A stretch of DNA of 64,000 bases. Source: an uncultured Pirellulaceae bacterium. GTDB lineage: Bacteria; Planctomycetota; Planctomycetia; Pirellulales; Pirellulaceae. Both the position numbers and the translations under genes were made by a program. This document shows positions 1 through 10,678 of the stretch, piece by piece (the stretch's first letter is position 1; each line of letters starts with the position of its first letter). The notes under the pieces were generated by a model, which was given only the letters and a program-made list of their open reading frames with translations, made no database searches and was not told the origin of the DNA. Where the stretch lies: positions 7,103-71,102 of the forward strand of contig CAYUWY010000037.1 in assembly GCA_964448575.1 (NCBI GenBank). The letters run 5' to 3'.

Positions 1-1
1 A

Positions 2-592
2 CAAAAAATGATTGCGTGGGAAGACGAATCCGGACAGTCTTGGGTCGCCTACAACTCTTCCAACTATCTGAGTGCGAGGCACGGACTTCCAACAGCCGCT
101 GAACAGTTGAACAAGATCAATGGTGCGCTTGCGAAACTGGCCTCCGCAGCAGCAGGGCAGGAAATAGTCGCGGACAAATTAACTGGTCCAGGTCTTAATG
201 AAGGCATCGTGATCCTCCAGAGCAAAAACGACATGGCCACCACTGTCGATAAGCTACGTGAAGCGATCACGTCGGCAGGCCCTTTGAAGATCATGGCAGA
301 AGTGGACCATAGCGCTAACGCCCGATCGGTCAACCTGGATCTGGCCCCAACGTTTCTCTTCATTTTTGGTAACCCCAAACTCGGATCACCTTTGATGCAG
401 TCAGGGCAATCTATCGGAATAGACTTGCCGCAGAAAATGCTGGTATTCGAAAATCCCGAAGGCGTTGTTTCAGTTGCCTACAACGATCCGTCGTACCTTG
501 CTGCAAGGCATGGAATTGAAGATCAGCAAAAAGTCATCGCAACGATTGCAAAAGCGCTTGGCAAGTTGGCGAGTGCGGCCACTGCACAGTAG
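2..592 (+). CDS. Tandem DUF302-domain protein, 5' end outside the window
   Basis: Frame is open to the window edge. Two copies of the DUF302-type C-terminal motif (QKMIAWE..VAYN..YLSARHG and QKMLVFE..VAYNDP.YLAARHG), plus FGNPKLGSPLMQ..IGIDLP. Confidence 0.8.
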   Translation, partial: QKMIAWEDESGQSWVAYNSSNYLSARHGLPTAAEQLNKINGALAKLASAAAGQEIVADKLTGPGLNEGIVILQSKNDMATTVDKLREAITSAGPLKIMAEVDHSANARSVNLDLAPTFLFIFGNPKLGSPLMQSGQSIGIDLPQKMLVFENPEGVVSVAYNDPSYLAARHGIEDQQKVIATIAKALGKLASAATAQ

Positions 593-729
593 CAGCTGTT
601 ACAGGAACGTTTAGGTTCCCTACCCGCGTGAGTCGCTAGAAGGTGTCGCTTTCATTTGGCAAGCAGCCAATGCAATACTCAGATGCTTTGCCGCCAACCT
701 AAGTTCGCTTGCTCAACTAGAAAAGCAAT

Positions 730-1209
730 TTAGGTTCCCAGCGCGACGCCTTTGATCATTCCGTCAACGACCAAAGTCCCGTCGACGTATCCTTGAAAGT
801 CAGCGGTGAACATCGCGTTGCGTCGGACTTTACCTTTCTTCAGCATCACGATCAAACGATCGCCTGGAACGACGGCATTACGGAATCGAATATTTTCCAA
901 TCCGCCAAGCCCAACAAATCCATTGTCAACCATTTTGTTGACAAGCGCAAAGTAAGAAGAAAGTTGTGCAGCACATTCGCAAATCAAAACGCCGGGCATC
1001 AAAGGCTTACCGGGGAAATGTCCACGTACCCAAAATGAGTCTTCGCTTAAGTCCTTGAAACCGACTGCATAGTCGTCATCAAAATACAGGATGCCATCCA
1101 ATAGCATAAGCTCGTATCGGTGTGGGTTAATCTTGCAGATTTCCTCTTGGCTAACGAGTACTTTGTCAGGATCAAATTTTGAGAAATCTAGGATTGCGTC
1201 TTTAGTCAC
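730..1209 (-). CDS. fabZ: 3-hydroxyacyl-ACP dehydratase (FabA/FabZ hot-dog family)
   Basis: PHRYELMLLD, RGHFPGKPLMPGVLICE and FRNAVVPGD motifs. Confidence 0.85.
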   Translation of the reverse strand: MTKDAILDFSKFDPDKVLVSQEEICKINPHRYELMLLDGILYFDDDYAVGFKDLSEDSFWVRGHFPGKPLMPGVLICECAAQLSSYFALVNKMVDNGFVGLGGLENIRFRNAVVPGDRLIVMLKKGKVRRNAMFTADFQGYVDGTLVVDGMIKGVALGT

Positions 1210-1607
1210 TTAACTCGCCCGAATAATCGAATTGATTTAGTTTGTCAGGAATTGTTTTGTAGTGTTTTTCTGACACTCAAAACCGTTCAGATTGTGTATT
1301 TCAAGCACTTATAATTGCCGAAACGCCGTAATTTGTGAAGGCGAGATTTAACGAGTGTCCAGATTGGGCAATTTTGCCCGTTGAAACCGGTGACTTTGCA
1401 AGTTGAACTGAACTCAAATTGCCCGTGTTTGATTAACTTTTCCGAAATTTCAGATACAATGACACTTCAGGTGCATAGCTTGCCCCACGTCACAAGCGAG
1501 CGATAGTATTTGAAAAGTGACGTCAGGATCACGTCATCACAGAATCACAAGGAGGGCCAAAAGGAATTTGGTACGTCGCCATGAAGATGGCTACCTAGGA
1601 GACTTCG

Positions 1608-4600
1608 ATGACACTTAAAAATTCTGCTTTTTCAAGCCCTGCTAATCCTCTTACAAAAGAAGGTCAAGCTCAGGAAGATTCTTCACTTGATTTCGGCTCG
1701 CTGCCTTCAGCTTCACAAACAAATGAATTCGGCCCATCCAACACTAGTCCCTCTGATGGATTCGAAATAACGCCACAGGGCAATGATTCAAGTCAGCCCT
1801 CTCCCAATAACAATCATCCAAGCGATTCAGAGTCTCCAACTCAAGACGACTCAAACCCAGTTGATTCTCCTCTTGTGTTCATTCATGACGGAGACTCTGA
1901 AGCGAAAACGGCCCCAGAGACTTCCAGCGAAACGGCCGAAAATGAAATCCTTGGGACCAACGGCCAGCCGAATTCGGCCCAATCAAATGAGCTCACTGGT
2001 CAGGCGAACCAACGCGGCAGCACTACAGTTTCCGAATCCAGTATCTGGGACCATGCGATCCTGATTGGGTCAATTGCGTTGGTGTTGTTTTTTGTGGCGT
2101 TGCTACCGCTGATTGCAAAACTTTGGCGGGGGTATTTGAGTCGCAAACCTCAAATGACAGTTGACCCCAAGAAAGAGGTCAAAGGCAGATTCAAAATTGC
2201 TGAACGATTTGAAAAACCAGAAGGCACAGTTAATCGTGAATCATTTCAAAAATCGTTGGAAGAGTTTGAGGTAGAGAAATCGACCGATTCGTCAGCCTCA
2301 ATTTGGCATGACTCGGTAACGGGACATGAGTCCGCCAAACCACCTCAAGAGGATCTTGAAACGCCTCAAGAGGAAGTTGTCAATTCTTCACTTGCAGCCA
2401 GTTCTCTTGTCTCTGGCGCGATGGGTCCTGATTCTGATAACGATTCAGTGATTTTAGATTCGGACGAAGAAGCTGGCTTTCCTCGCGAAGAATTTTTGGC
2501 CGATAGCGAGCAGGAAACTCTAGAGGAGTCAGGTGCTCAGCTTTGGAAGCGAAAAACGATGGCCGCTCCGTGTGGCGGCGAAGTAAATCAAACTTCGGCT
2601 TCTGACTCACAAAGATTCCTTAGCGGTCAACCGACTGCAGACGAGTTTTTCGTTGACGCGGAAGCCGACGACATGGCTGACGATTCAACATTTGATTTGG
2701 ATGCCAGCTTGAATGAAGATACTTCATTCGGGGCGGCGGCGAGTGATTTGGAGTTGGAAGCTGAAATTCAGGCCAATGAACAAATCGACGATATGAACTT
2801 GGACGAAGAGCAACACGACGAGCAACACACTTCAACTAATTTTTCGGAGGCACGCTTGCCTCCTACTAGCGACGATGAGGAAGCGGTAATGAATTTGCGA
2901 GATGACGACTCTGATGCGGATTTAGATTTTGGCTCGGAAGAGGATTTTGACTTTGGAGATTCCGATTCGAATTTTGATCTCAATGCCGATGAATCCTCGA
3001 AGCCTGTAAACGAGAGTGAACCTGAAGCAATCCCCGCGGCGGCTCAGCAAAACGCGCTAGATGATTCGGATGAATTCGACATTATGTTCGACGACGAAGA
3101 TGAACCAGCGGTCAATCCCGCGCTCCCATTGGCAGCTGCGGCACCGGAAGCTGCTTTCGACATCGACATCGACCAAGGCGATTCGACGGACGGCGCTGCC
3201 ATTCTTCCCGACGAAGAAAATGCGCCTACTCTCCAACTCGCCAACGATAATGAATCCGACGTTGCAGCGTTTTCATTGGACGAACCAGTAGGACAAATTG
3301 ACGCCGCGGTTGCTGCTGCTGATGTTGAAGAATTTTCCTTGGATGATCTTGGAGATGAAAACGAAGTCATCGTGGACGCACTGCAAATTGATGGACTGGC
3401 AGAAAGTGCAGGCGAAACGATCGGCGATGTAAAAGACGCAGTCGCAAGTGAGATTGGGGACTTCGCCGAATCAGCCCAAGAAGCCGTTGGCGATTCGGTT
3501 GGATCTTTCGCTGGAATCACCGATGCCGCTTCTACCGCTCAAGAGTCATTGGGTGGCATCATGGAATCAGCAGGCGAATCAATTGGTGACGTGACCGAGT
3601 CAGTAGGTGCCGTTGGTGATTCGATTGGCGATTCCGTTGGATCTTTTGGTGGAATCGCAGACGCCGCTTCTACCGCTCAAGAGTCATTGGGCGGCATCGT
3701 GGAATCAGCAGGCGAATCAATTGGTGACGCAACCGAATCAGTAGGCGCCGTTGGTGAATCGATTGGCGAAATGACAACTGGTGGAAAAGCGTTGGCGGCT
3801 GGTGCTGCCGTTGCTGGAACTGCCGCAGCCGGTGGACTATTCTCCAAAATCTTTGGCTGGTTCAAACGAAAACCAGCCGACATTGCGGGTGATGCCGTTG
3901 AAGGGGTTGGCTCGGTAGTCGGTTCAGCTGCCGATGCCACAGGTGAAATGGCCAGCGAATTTATAGACGACAGCGTACTGGGTGTTGGAAGCAGCATTGG
4001 AGAAGGAGTTGCAGAAATAGGCGAAGGCATTGGTGAAAATGTCAAAGCCGGTATTGCTGATGGCGTCGCCGGATTGACTGACGGTCTTCCGGATGGCATT
4101 GCCGATTCAGTGATGGACGCGACAGCTGAGGGTGTGGACTCGTTAAAGGAAAACGTAGGCGAACAGATCGCAGGGACTTTTGGTTCAGCACCCGAGATGG
4201 CGGTTGGGGCGCTAGACGCAGAAGCCGATTTTGACATTGAAGATTCTGCAGAGGGCCTATTTGGTGACGCGGCTGGTGGACTTGACGTTGAGGAATCTGA
4301 TGTTGCATCGGAAATAGATACTGATGTTAACGCCGAATTGGAGCCTGCCGGTGATCTCGAGCTTGACGATGAGATCGAAATTGAATTGGCGTCCGATGCT
4401 CAAGAATCTGAGCCTTTAGCGGACTTAAGCTCGGTTGAAGACAACGATGAAAGTCCCATTGCGCTCGCGGCGGAGACCATTGAAGATGATGAATTTGAAT
4501 TTGAAGATTCATCAGCCGATTTGCTGGCCGCAGAAGTCGTGGATGAAGAATCGCTTGACGAAGAACCTGTTGCCCGTGAAGCCGAGTTCGATCTGGTTGC

Positions 4601-7600
4601 TCCTGAAGGCGCAGGCGACCAAGAGTCAGAGAGCGGATTTGATCTCTCAGATCACATGAATTTCGCTGACGATGATGTAGTGCCCCCAGCCGAGAGCACG
4701 GCAGATACGCTTCGTGAGCCGTTTGATGACGAACCCGCGACGATTGATGCAGATAGCATCGAACCATCATCCCAAGATCCAGAATCAACTGGATCGCCTG
4801 AGACAGAAATCGATGTACCAGCCGTTGCCACCGATGTGCCTAATGCAGCCGTAGCGGCTGGCGCTGCCGGAATTGCAGGACTAGCTGGCATGGCAGGAAT
4901 GGCGGGACTAGGGATGGCTGCGGACACCGTTCGCGAACCTAGACCAGGCTCCAACGAATCCAACGAGGAAATCGACTCGGCTTTCGCGTCAGCGGATACG
5001 CTTCGCGAGCCATCCGCGGTCGCACCTGCAATTTCCGACCCAAACATCCGAGAGTTCGCTCATCGAATCAACGAGCTGGAAAAAGAAAACAACTTGCTCA
5101 ACGAGTCGTTGATGGAAGCCCATCTTGAATCTGAAAATGCTGTTACTCAACTTGGGATCAAAGACGCCGAATTGGCAGAACTCAAGCAGGAATTGAATTC
5201 AGCGACTGAAGGCAAGTCCCAAGTCGAAGAGTTGGAAGCAAAGATTGCGGAATTGAATACTCAGTCGGAAGCATTGACCTCAAAAACAGATGACCTTTCC
5301 TCGCAGGTTGAGACGCTTTCGCAAGAAAAAGCTTCACTTGCTGAAGAACTGGCGACAGCAAAAACTGAGCTTGCGGCAGCCGAGTCAAACTCCGAATCCG
5401 ATGGCATGCCAACTTCTTCATTGATGGCCGCAGCGGGAGTCGCAGGATTGGCAGCCGGCGCGATTGTCAAACCTGGCTCTGATGAAAAAAGCTCTTCGGT
5501 GGATGCAAAAATACTAGCCAAGGCTGACCCGGTCTTTTTCAAGCGTTTTGAAAAGCGTTTAAAAACGGAATACAAAAAGCGGAAGCTGGCTCAGCAGTAC
5601 TTGGTCGAAGCGGAAGAGCAGCGTGCTGAAATCGCAAAGGCACTTCGCAAGGCAAGGCAAGAACTGAAACAACAGAACGCTGGCGTTGAAGAAACGGTAA
5701 AGCTTCAAGACGCGACGGCGAAATACAACGAGGAAATCACCGAAGCCAATCAGAGAGTGGAATCGCTTCAAGGCGACATCAAGCAGCTGGAGTCAGAAAA
5801 AGAAGCCTTGAAGGCCGAGGCTGAGTCGAGCGTTGAAACCCACAAGTCCGAGATTGAGTCACTCAAGACCGAAACGGAAAAACTAAAGGCTGAAACAGAA
5901 ACGTTTAAGTCCGAGGCTGAATCAAGCGTCGAAACCCACAAGGCTGAGATTGAGTCACTTAAGACCGAAACGGAAAAACTCAAAGCTGAAACAGAGACGT
6001 TTAAGTCTGACGCGGAAAAACTCAAAGCTGAAACGGATGCGTTAAAGTCCGAAGCGGAAACGCTCAAATCCGAAGCGGAATCGCTTAAGTCCGAAACCGA
6101 ATCGCTTAAGTCAGAAAAGGAAACGCTTAAATCGGAAGTCGAAAAAAGTGCGACTCAGATCGCTGAACTTGAAACCGTCGCAGCGGAATCTGCGTCGCTC
6201 AAAACCAAACTTGCTGACTCAGAGTCTGCAACCAAAGAGCTTGAATCCGTTAAGCAAAAACTAACCGAGGTTGAAGGGAATTCTAATGCGGCAGCCAAGG
6301 AATTGACTGAACTGAAATCCCAACTCGAGGCAGCCAATTCGAAACTTGTTGAAGCTGAATCTTCGGCTACTGCAAAATCCAAAGAGCTGGAGCTTGCGAA
6401 ATCCGAATCGGAGAAGCTCCGCACCGAAGCCGAAACTGCAAAAGCCAACCTTGCAGAGTTGGAAGCCAAAGTAGATGAACTTGAGCCGGATACGGTTGAA
6501 GTTGAAATGCTAAAACAGAAACTGGTTAATGTCGAAACCGCATTCTCGAAACAAAAAGACGATTTGGAGTCGGTACAGTTCGAGTTGACTTCCGCCAAAG
6601 AAGAGGCGACCAAGCTTGCTGCTGAAAAGAAAGATCTCGAAGCGAAAACGTTAGAGTTGAATGAAGCAAAGGTAGATCGAACTGAGTTTGATTCGCTTAA
6701 ATCAAAACTGGATGAATCCAATGCCTCGTTGGAGCAATTGCAGAAAACGCACGCATTCAAAGTGGCTGAATCCGATACGGCATTGGCCGAGTTGCAATCG
6801 AAACTGAAGGTAACGGAATCCCAACTATCCGTTGTGGCTGAGGAAAAACGTAAACACGAAGCCAAGGCAGCTGAGGCTGAATCGGTCGCGGTCAAGTCAG
6901 AATCAGCGCTTTCGAAAGTCAGCGATCTGGAAAAGGAAATCGAAAATCTGACTTCGAAATTAGAGACGGCACTAGAAGAAGCCGAAACGCACAAAACGGC
7001 TTCGGCAGCGGCAACTACGTCACTCAAGCAGCTTGAAAGCGACAACATTGCGTTGGCAAAAACCGCTGAGGAACTCAAAGGCAGCGATGAATCAGACGCA
7101 CTTCGGGCTGAAATTGGACAGCTCAAGAAATCGCTTGTGGAAGCCAACCAGGCAGCCAGCGAAGCCAAAACTGCGAACGAATCCAATGAGCGTGCGTCCG
7201 CTGAGTTGGAAGAAATGAAAACGAAACTTGCCCAGCAAAAGGCGCAGCACGACGAGCTGACAAAGTTTCTTGAAATTGCAGAAAAACAAAGCGAGTCTGC
7301 GGCGGCCAAGCTTAGCAAGATGGAAAATGATCATGAACAGGATCGGATTGCGTTAGCGAATTCAAAAACGCAAAACGACGAGTTCACAAAGTCGCTTGAA
7401 ACTTTGAAGGCTGAACTGCAGGCTCAAAAATCAGAAAAAGCCAACGCGATTCGCGAAATCGAAGAACAACGGCGAACTGCGGCCAAGTTGCAATCGGAAT
7501 TGGGCGCGCGACAGACACAAATGTTTGCCGCACCGAGTCCGTCAGTCGAAAAACAATTGCGAGACGAGCTTCGTGATCAGGAAAAACGAATCATGGAGCT

Positions 7601-8069
7601 TGAAGCCGAGCACCATGATGCGTTAGAGAAACTGAACCTTGCGACGAAAAAAATCGCAACGGAGCACAAGTCGTCTACTGCGAAAAAGGCTGCTGTTTCG
7701 AAGAAGAAAACAACATCTAAATCGACTACAGTCAAATCAAAGGCTACGAATTCGAAAGCAACTAATTCGAAAGCAACCAAATCGACTGCGGCCAAACCTA
7801 AATCAACCAAAACCAGTAAGGCCAAATCCAAGAGCGCCCAAACTGGAAAAGATGATCTGACTGAGATCGTTGGCATTGGCCCGGTGATTCAGAAAAAGCT
7901 ACACCGAAACGGCATCAAGACGTTTGAGCAGATCGCTGCTTGGACCAAAAAAGACGCTCAGGCGATTGACGAAAAACTTGCTTTCAAGGATCGTGTTAAT
8001 CGGGAAGAGTGGGTCAAACAGGCCAAAGCCTTGGCTCGCACAAAAGCTCGTGAGAATAAGAAGAAGTAG
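1608..8069 (+). CDS. Giant membrane-anchored protein: acidic low-complexity region, long coiled coil, Lys-rich tail, C-terminal helix-hairpin-helix domain
   Basis: 2153-aa ORF with a hydrophobic helix at about aa 150-172 and a D/E-rich region. Heptad-rich E/K region from about aa 1150 to 2020, then C-terminal DDLTEIVGIGPVIQKKLHRNGIKTFEQIAAW. AGGAG lies upstream of the ATG. Confidence 0.8.
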   Translation: MTLKNSAFSSPANPLTKEGQAQEDSSLDFGSLPSASQTNEFGPSNTSPSDGFEITPQGNDSSQPSPNNNHPSDSESPTQDDSNPVDSPLVFIHDGDSEAKTAPETSSETAENEILGTNGQPNSAQSNELTGQANQRGSTTVSESSIWDHAILIGSIALVLFFVALLPLIAKLWRGYLSRKPQMTVDPKKEVKGRFKIAERFEKPEGTVNRESFQKSLEEFEVEKSTDSSASIWHDSVTGHESAKPPQEDLETPQEEVVNSSLAASSLVSGAMGPDSDNDSVILDSDEEAGFPREEFLADSEQETLEESGAQLWKRKTMAAPCGGEVNQTSASDSQRFLSGQPTADEFFVDAEADDMADDSTFDLDASLNEDTSFGAAASDLELEAEIQANEQIDDMNLDEEQHDEQHTSTNFSEARLPPTSDDEEAVMNLRDDDSDADLDFGSEEDFDFGDSDSNFDLNADESSKPVNESEPEAIPAAAQQNALDDSDEFDIMFDDEDEPAVNPALPLAAAAPEAAFDIDIDQGDSTDGAAILPDEENAPTLQLANDNESDVAAFSLDEPVGQIDAAVAAADVEEFSLDDLGDENEVIVDALQIDGLAESAGETIGDVKDAVASEIGDFAESAQEAVGDSVGSFAGITDAASTAQESLGGIMESAGESIGDVTESVGAVGDSIGDSVGSFGGIADAASTAQESLGGIVESAGESIGDATESVGAVGESIGEMTTGGKALAAGAAVAGTAAAGGLFSKIFGWFKRKPADIAGDAVEGVGSVVGSAADATGEMASEFIDDSVLGVGSSIGEGVAEIGEGIGENVKAGIADGVAGLTDGLPDGIADSVMDATAEGVDSLKENVGEQIAGTFGSAPEMAVGALDAEADFDIEDSAEGLFGDAAGGLDVEESDVASEIDTDVNAELEPAGDLELDDEIEIELASDAQESEPLADLSSVEDNDESPIALAAETIEDDEFEFEDSSADLLAAEVVDEESLDEEPVAREAEFDLVAPEGAGDQESESGFDLSDHMNFADDDVVPPAESTADTLREPFDDEPATIDADSIEPSSQDPESTGSPETEIDVPAVATDVPNAAVAAGAAGIAGLAGMAGMAGLGMAADTVREPRPGSNESNEEIDSAFASADTLREPSAVAPAISDPNIREFAHRINELEKENNLLNESLMEAHLESENAVTQLGIKDAELAELKQELNSATEGKSQVEELEAKIAELNTQSEALTSKTDDLSSQVETLSQEKASLAEELATAKTELAAAESNSESDGMPTSSLMAAAGVAGLAAGAIVKPGSDEKSSSVDAKILAKADPVFFKRFEKRLKTEYKKRKLAQQYLVEAEEQRAEIAKALRKARQELKQQNAGVEETVKLQDATAKYNEEITEANQRVESLQGDIKQLESEKEALKAEAESSVETHKSEIESLKTETEKLKAETETFKSEAESSVETHKAEIESLKTETEKLKAETETFKSDAEKLKAETDALKSEAETLKSEAESLKSETESLKSEKETLKSEVEKSATQIAELETVAAESASLKTKLADSESATKELESVKQKLTEVEGNSNAAAKELTELKSQLEAANSKLVEAESSATAKSKELELAKSESEKLRTEAETAKANLAELEAKVDELEPDTVEVEMLKQKLVNVETAFSKQKDDLESVQFELTSAKEEATKLAAEKKDLEAKTLELNEAKVDRTEFDSLKSKLDESNASLEQLQKTHAFKVAESDTALAELQSKLKVTESQLSVVAEEKRKHEAKAAEAESVAVKSESALSKVSDLEKEIENLTSKLETALEEAETHKTASAAATTSLKQLESDNIALAKTAEELKGSDESDALRAEIGQLKKSLVEANQAASEAKTANESNERASAELEEMKTKLAQQKAQHDELTKFLEIAEKQSESAAAKLSKMENDHEQDRIALANSKTQNDEFTKSLETLKAELQAQKSEKANAIREIEEQRRTAAKLQSELGARQTQMFAAPSPSVEKQLRDELRDQEKRIMELEAEHHDALEKLNLATKKIATEHKSSTAKKAAVSKKKTTSKSTTVKSKATNSKATNSKATKSTAAKPKSTKTSKAKSKSAQTGKDDLTEIVGIGPVIQKKLHRNGIKTFEQIAAWTKKDAQAIDEKLAFKDRVNREEWVKQAKALARTKARENKKK
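3492..3767 (+). repeat. Two tandem 138-bp (46-aa) intragenic repeats
   Basis: DSVGSFxGIxDAASTAQESLGGIxESAGESIGDxTESVGAVGxSIG starts at 3492 and again at 3630. Confidence 0.9.
5811..6002 (+). repeat. Two tandem 96-bp (32-aa) intragenic repeats followed by heptad repeats
   Basis: KxEAESSVETHKxEIESLKTETEKLKAETETF starts at 5811 and again at 5907. Confidence 0.9.
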
Positions 8070-8159
8070 TTCTTCGGTCACGATCAATAAATGAATTTTC
8101 GGATCAGTGGATCGTATTGAGATCGCACGTGGGCAGGCGTTTACGGACGTTGGCGTGCG

Positions 8160-8696
8160 TCATTTCGAGCCAACAAACTCTTTCTCAAATCGTTGAACTA
8201 CGGGGCGCTCGGTCAAGCGTTGATTGACATGCGGGCGTTTTTCAATCAGCCATTTTTGTCCTTCGGCCGCACTGATCTGTTTGGCTTTCATCAGCCAACA
8301 GATCGCTACCGTTGCGCTACGAGCACGTCCTGCTTTGCAGTGGATGTAAACCGTTTTCTCTTTCGCAACGTAGCTTTCGACAAACTCAACAGCCTTGCAA
8401 ACGTCGTCGTATGCCGGGTGTGTAAAATCAATCGTCGGCATTCGAAATTGATCGATGTTGTGCGTTTGGTACTCGTCAACAGGACCCGGGTATTCTTCAC
8501 AAGTATTCACCACGGCCGCAACTCCTTCTTTGGCCATTCGGGAGACGTCCCGAGCAAAAGGGAACGCGCCGACGATCACGTGGGTGTCAATTGGATCCCA
8601 CCAATTTCGAACTTTGAGCCAACGACCAAGAAGCATATTCCAAACGAGGGTTGGATAAAAAATCGTCCGAGCGGTTAGCCAGTTAAGAGCTTGCAT
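8160..8696 (-). CDS. PTPMT1-like dual-specificity / phosphatidylglycerophosphate phosphatase
   Basis: HCKAGRARSAT CX5R loop and PTPMT1-like ARTIFYPTLVWN. Start placed at the ATG of MQALNWL. Confidence 0.8.
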   Translation of the reverse strand: MQALNWLTARTIFYPTLVWNMLLGRWLKVRNWWDPIDTHVIVGAFPFARDVSRMAKEGVAAVVNTCEEYPGPVDEYQTHNIDQFRMPTIDFTHPAYDDVCKAVEFVESYVAKEKTVYIHCKAGRARSATVAICWLMKAKQISAAEGQKWLIEKRPHVNQRLTERPVVQRFEKEFVGSK

Positions 8697-8925
8697 GTGC
8701 TGTTGTGTGTAGAAGTTGATTTGTGGAAGTTGATTCGTGAAAGTTGATTCGCGAAAGTTGTGAGTATGACGAAACGTTTCGAAAGCAAGGTATCGGCGCG
8801 ATACGCTCAATGACTATGAATGGAAACCCGACGCGTTAGCGAGGGAGCAGCTCGTTACCGCATCTTTGTTCCCGCCACTGAATACCAACGTAAACGCCAT
8901 CGCACCAACAGAAATTCCATTCGCG

Positions 8926-9756
8926 CTACGTTCCCGTTTCCTTAGGCAGTTCATCGAATTGGCTCCATTCGCTCCAAGACCCCACATACAGCTTGCCCGG
9001 TTCCATTCCGATATGTGCCATCGTGAGCAAGTTATAACAAGCACTCAAGCCAGAACCACAATAGAAAGTGACTTTTTCACTTGGCGTATCACCTATTAGA
9101 TCTTTGAATTCAGTTTTTAACGAATCCAAATCTCTTAGCTTTAGATTGTCATCTTTATTAAGTGCATGGCAGCGGTTGAGCGCACCAGCGATATGACCAG
9201 AACTGCCATCGGGCCCTGCCGAATCGCCACGGTATCGAACAGCGTCGCGAGAATCAACCAGCAGGGCTTGCTCCATCACTTCATCGCGAACGACCAGCAT
9301 TGCGCGATTGGCCGTTCCGGAAAACTCAGCCGGCGGATTGGTCTCGATTCCAGATAGAGTCTTCCGACCTTCGTCCGTCCAAGCTTTGATTCCACCATCG
9401 AGAACCGCGACGTGATCGTGGCCCATGTATTTAAGCAACCACCAAAGTCGCGGCGCTGTGATCCCTCGATTGTCATAGGCGATCACCTGGGTTGTCGATG
9501 AAATACCCAGCCGGGAAAACACTTCGGTTAATTGCTCTGGCGAAGGCAACGGATGGCGGCCTTGGTCCGTGATTGGCGGTCCGCTCAAATCCGAATGGGG
9601 ATGAGCATAAACTGCGCCGGGGATGTGGCTTTTTTTATACGCGAGGAAGCCAGCCGTTTTATCGGATAGCTCATAGCTCGCATCGACAATCACCCAATCT
9701 GGATTGTCGATGTTGGCCGCCAATTGTTCTGTGGTAATGAAAGTTTTGTAATGCAT
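8926..9756 (-). CDS. sseA: Tandem-rhodanese sulfurtransferase (SseA/MST family)
   Basis: HIPGAV, GRHPLP, active-site YCGSG and LYVGSWSEWS. Confidence 0.9.
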   Translation of the reverse strand: MHYKTFITTEQLAANIDNPDWVIVDASYELSDKTAGFLAYKKSHIPGAVYAHPHSDLSGPPITDQGRHPLPSPEQLTEVFSRLGISSTTQVIAYDNRGITAPRLWWLLKYMGHDHVAVLDGGIKAWTDEGRKTLSGIETNPPAEFSGTANRAMLVVRDEVMEQALLVDSRDAVRYRGDSAGPDGSSGHIAGALNRCHALNKDDNLKLRDLDSLKTEFKDLIGDTPSEKVTFYCGSGLSACYNLLTMAHIGMEPGKLYVGSWSEWSQFDELPKETGT

Positions 9757-9779
9757 ACTTTCATTGTAGCGTTACCATG

Positions 9780-10430
9780 CTAACGGTTCAGCAGGGTCTC
9801 AGCAGCTTTGATCCAAGGTGTTGGGTTGTCTTTGTAGCCAAGCTTCCCGTACACACCACCCTCTGAATCTAAAAACAGGACGGTTGGGTATCCACTAACT
9901 TTATACTTGCTTTTTAAACGTTGATTCTGTTGCTTGATTTCCGGCGGTTGCGAAGATCGATTCGGATAATCAAGTTCAAGTAAAACGACGTTGTCCTTGG
10001 CCCAGTTTTTAAACTCGGCAGTATCGAAGACGTTTTTCTTAAGCTTCACACACCACGAGCACCAATCACTTCCAGTAAAATCAGCCAGAATCGGTTTGCC
10101 AGTTCGACGTGAAATCTCTTGAGCTGTTGCGTAAGACTGGTGCCAGGTTCCCGCAGGTGCAGCTATTCCGCCCGCCAAAGCTACATTCCCTTTTCCGTCT
10201 GCAGAATCAAAACTCGCCTGCTGAATTGTCGCATTGCGTTTTTGGATGGCCCGAGTGTCGGCTTCGATCTTATTCCTGAGATTTTCGTTTTCCGCAGTCG
10301 CATCAGCCGACAAACCGAACGGAAACCCGCGCATCGAAGCGTTATTGCAGCCCGCGAGGAACGTGATCGTGACGGCAACGATCGCCGTGAGAAGCAATGA
10401 AGATTTTAGAAAGGCTTTGTTTTCGTTCAT
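9780..10430 (-). CDS. Thioredoxin-family lipoprotein
   Basis: Lipobox LAGC, FTGSDWCSWC and GYPT cis-Pro loop. Confidence 0.85.
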   Translation of the reverse strand: MNENKAFLKSSLLLTAIVAVTITFLAGCNNASMRGFPFGLSADATAENENLRNKIEADTRAIQKRNATIQQASFDSADGKGNVALAGGIAAPAGTWHQSYATAQEISRRTGKPILADFTGSDWCSWCVKLKKNVFDTAEFKNWAKDNVVLLELDYPNRSSQPPEIKQQNQRLKSKYKVSGYPTVLFLDSEGGVYGKLGYKDNPTPWIKAAETLLNR

Positions 10431-10678
10431 TTGATTGCCCGATTGGTATGGCTGTTCAAGTTATTTTCGTTAGTCGGATTCGCGGAGACGATAGCGAAAT
10501 TTCACTTGGCGAAATAGCTCAATTCAAATCTGCGTTTTAATCGGGAAAAACAACACCAAACCGGCAGTTTTGTAATTCAGGGTACTAATTAAAATGTCGC
10601 TGGAAATGAGTTTTTGCGATTGGTTATCGGGTTCAATTTTAAGTGTGAATAAAGAATGACTCATGCAGTTGCCGCAGA

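Noticed and set aside
2380-7876. Long Ser/Ala-rich antisense ORFs
   Set aside because: They are shadows of the low-complexity giant ORF.
8160-8696. PTPMT1-like phosphatase as a novelty
   Set aside because: A mammalian-type PGP phosphatase is already described from Rhodopirellula baltica.
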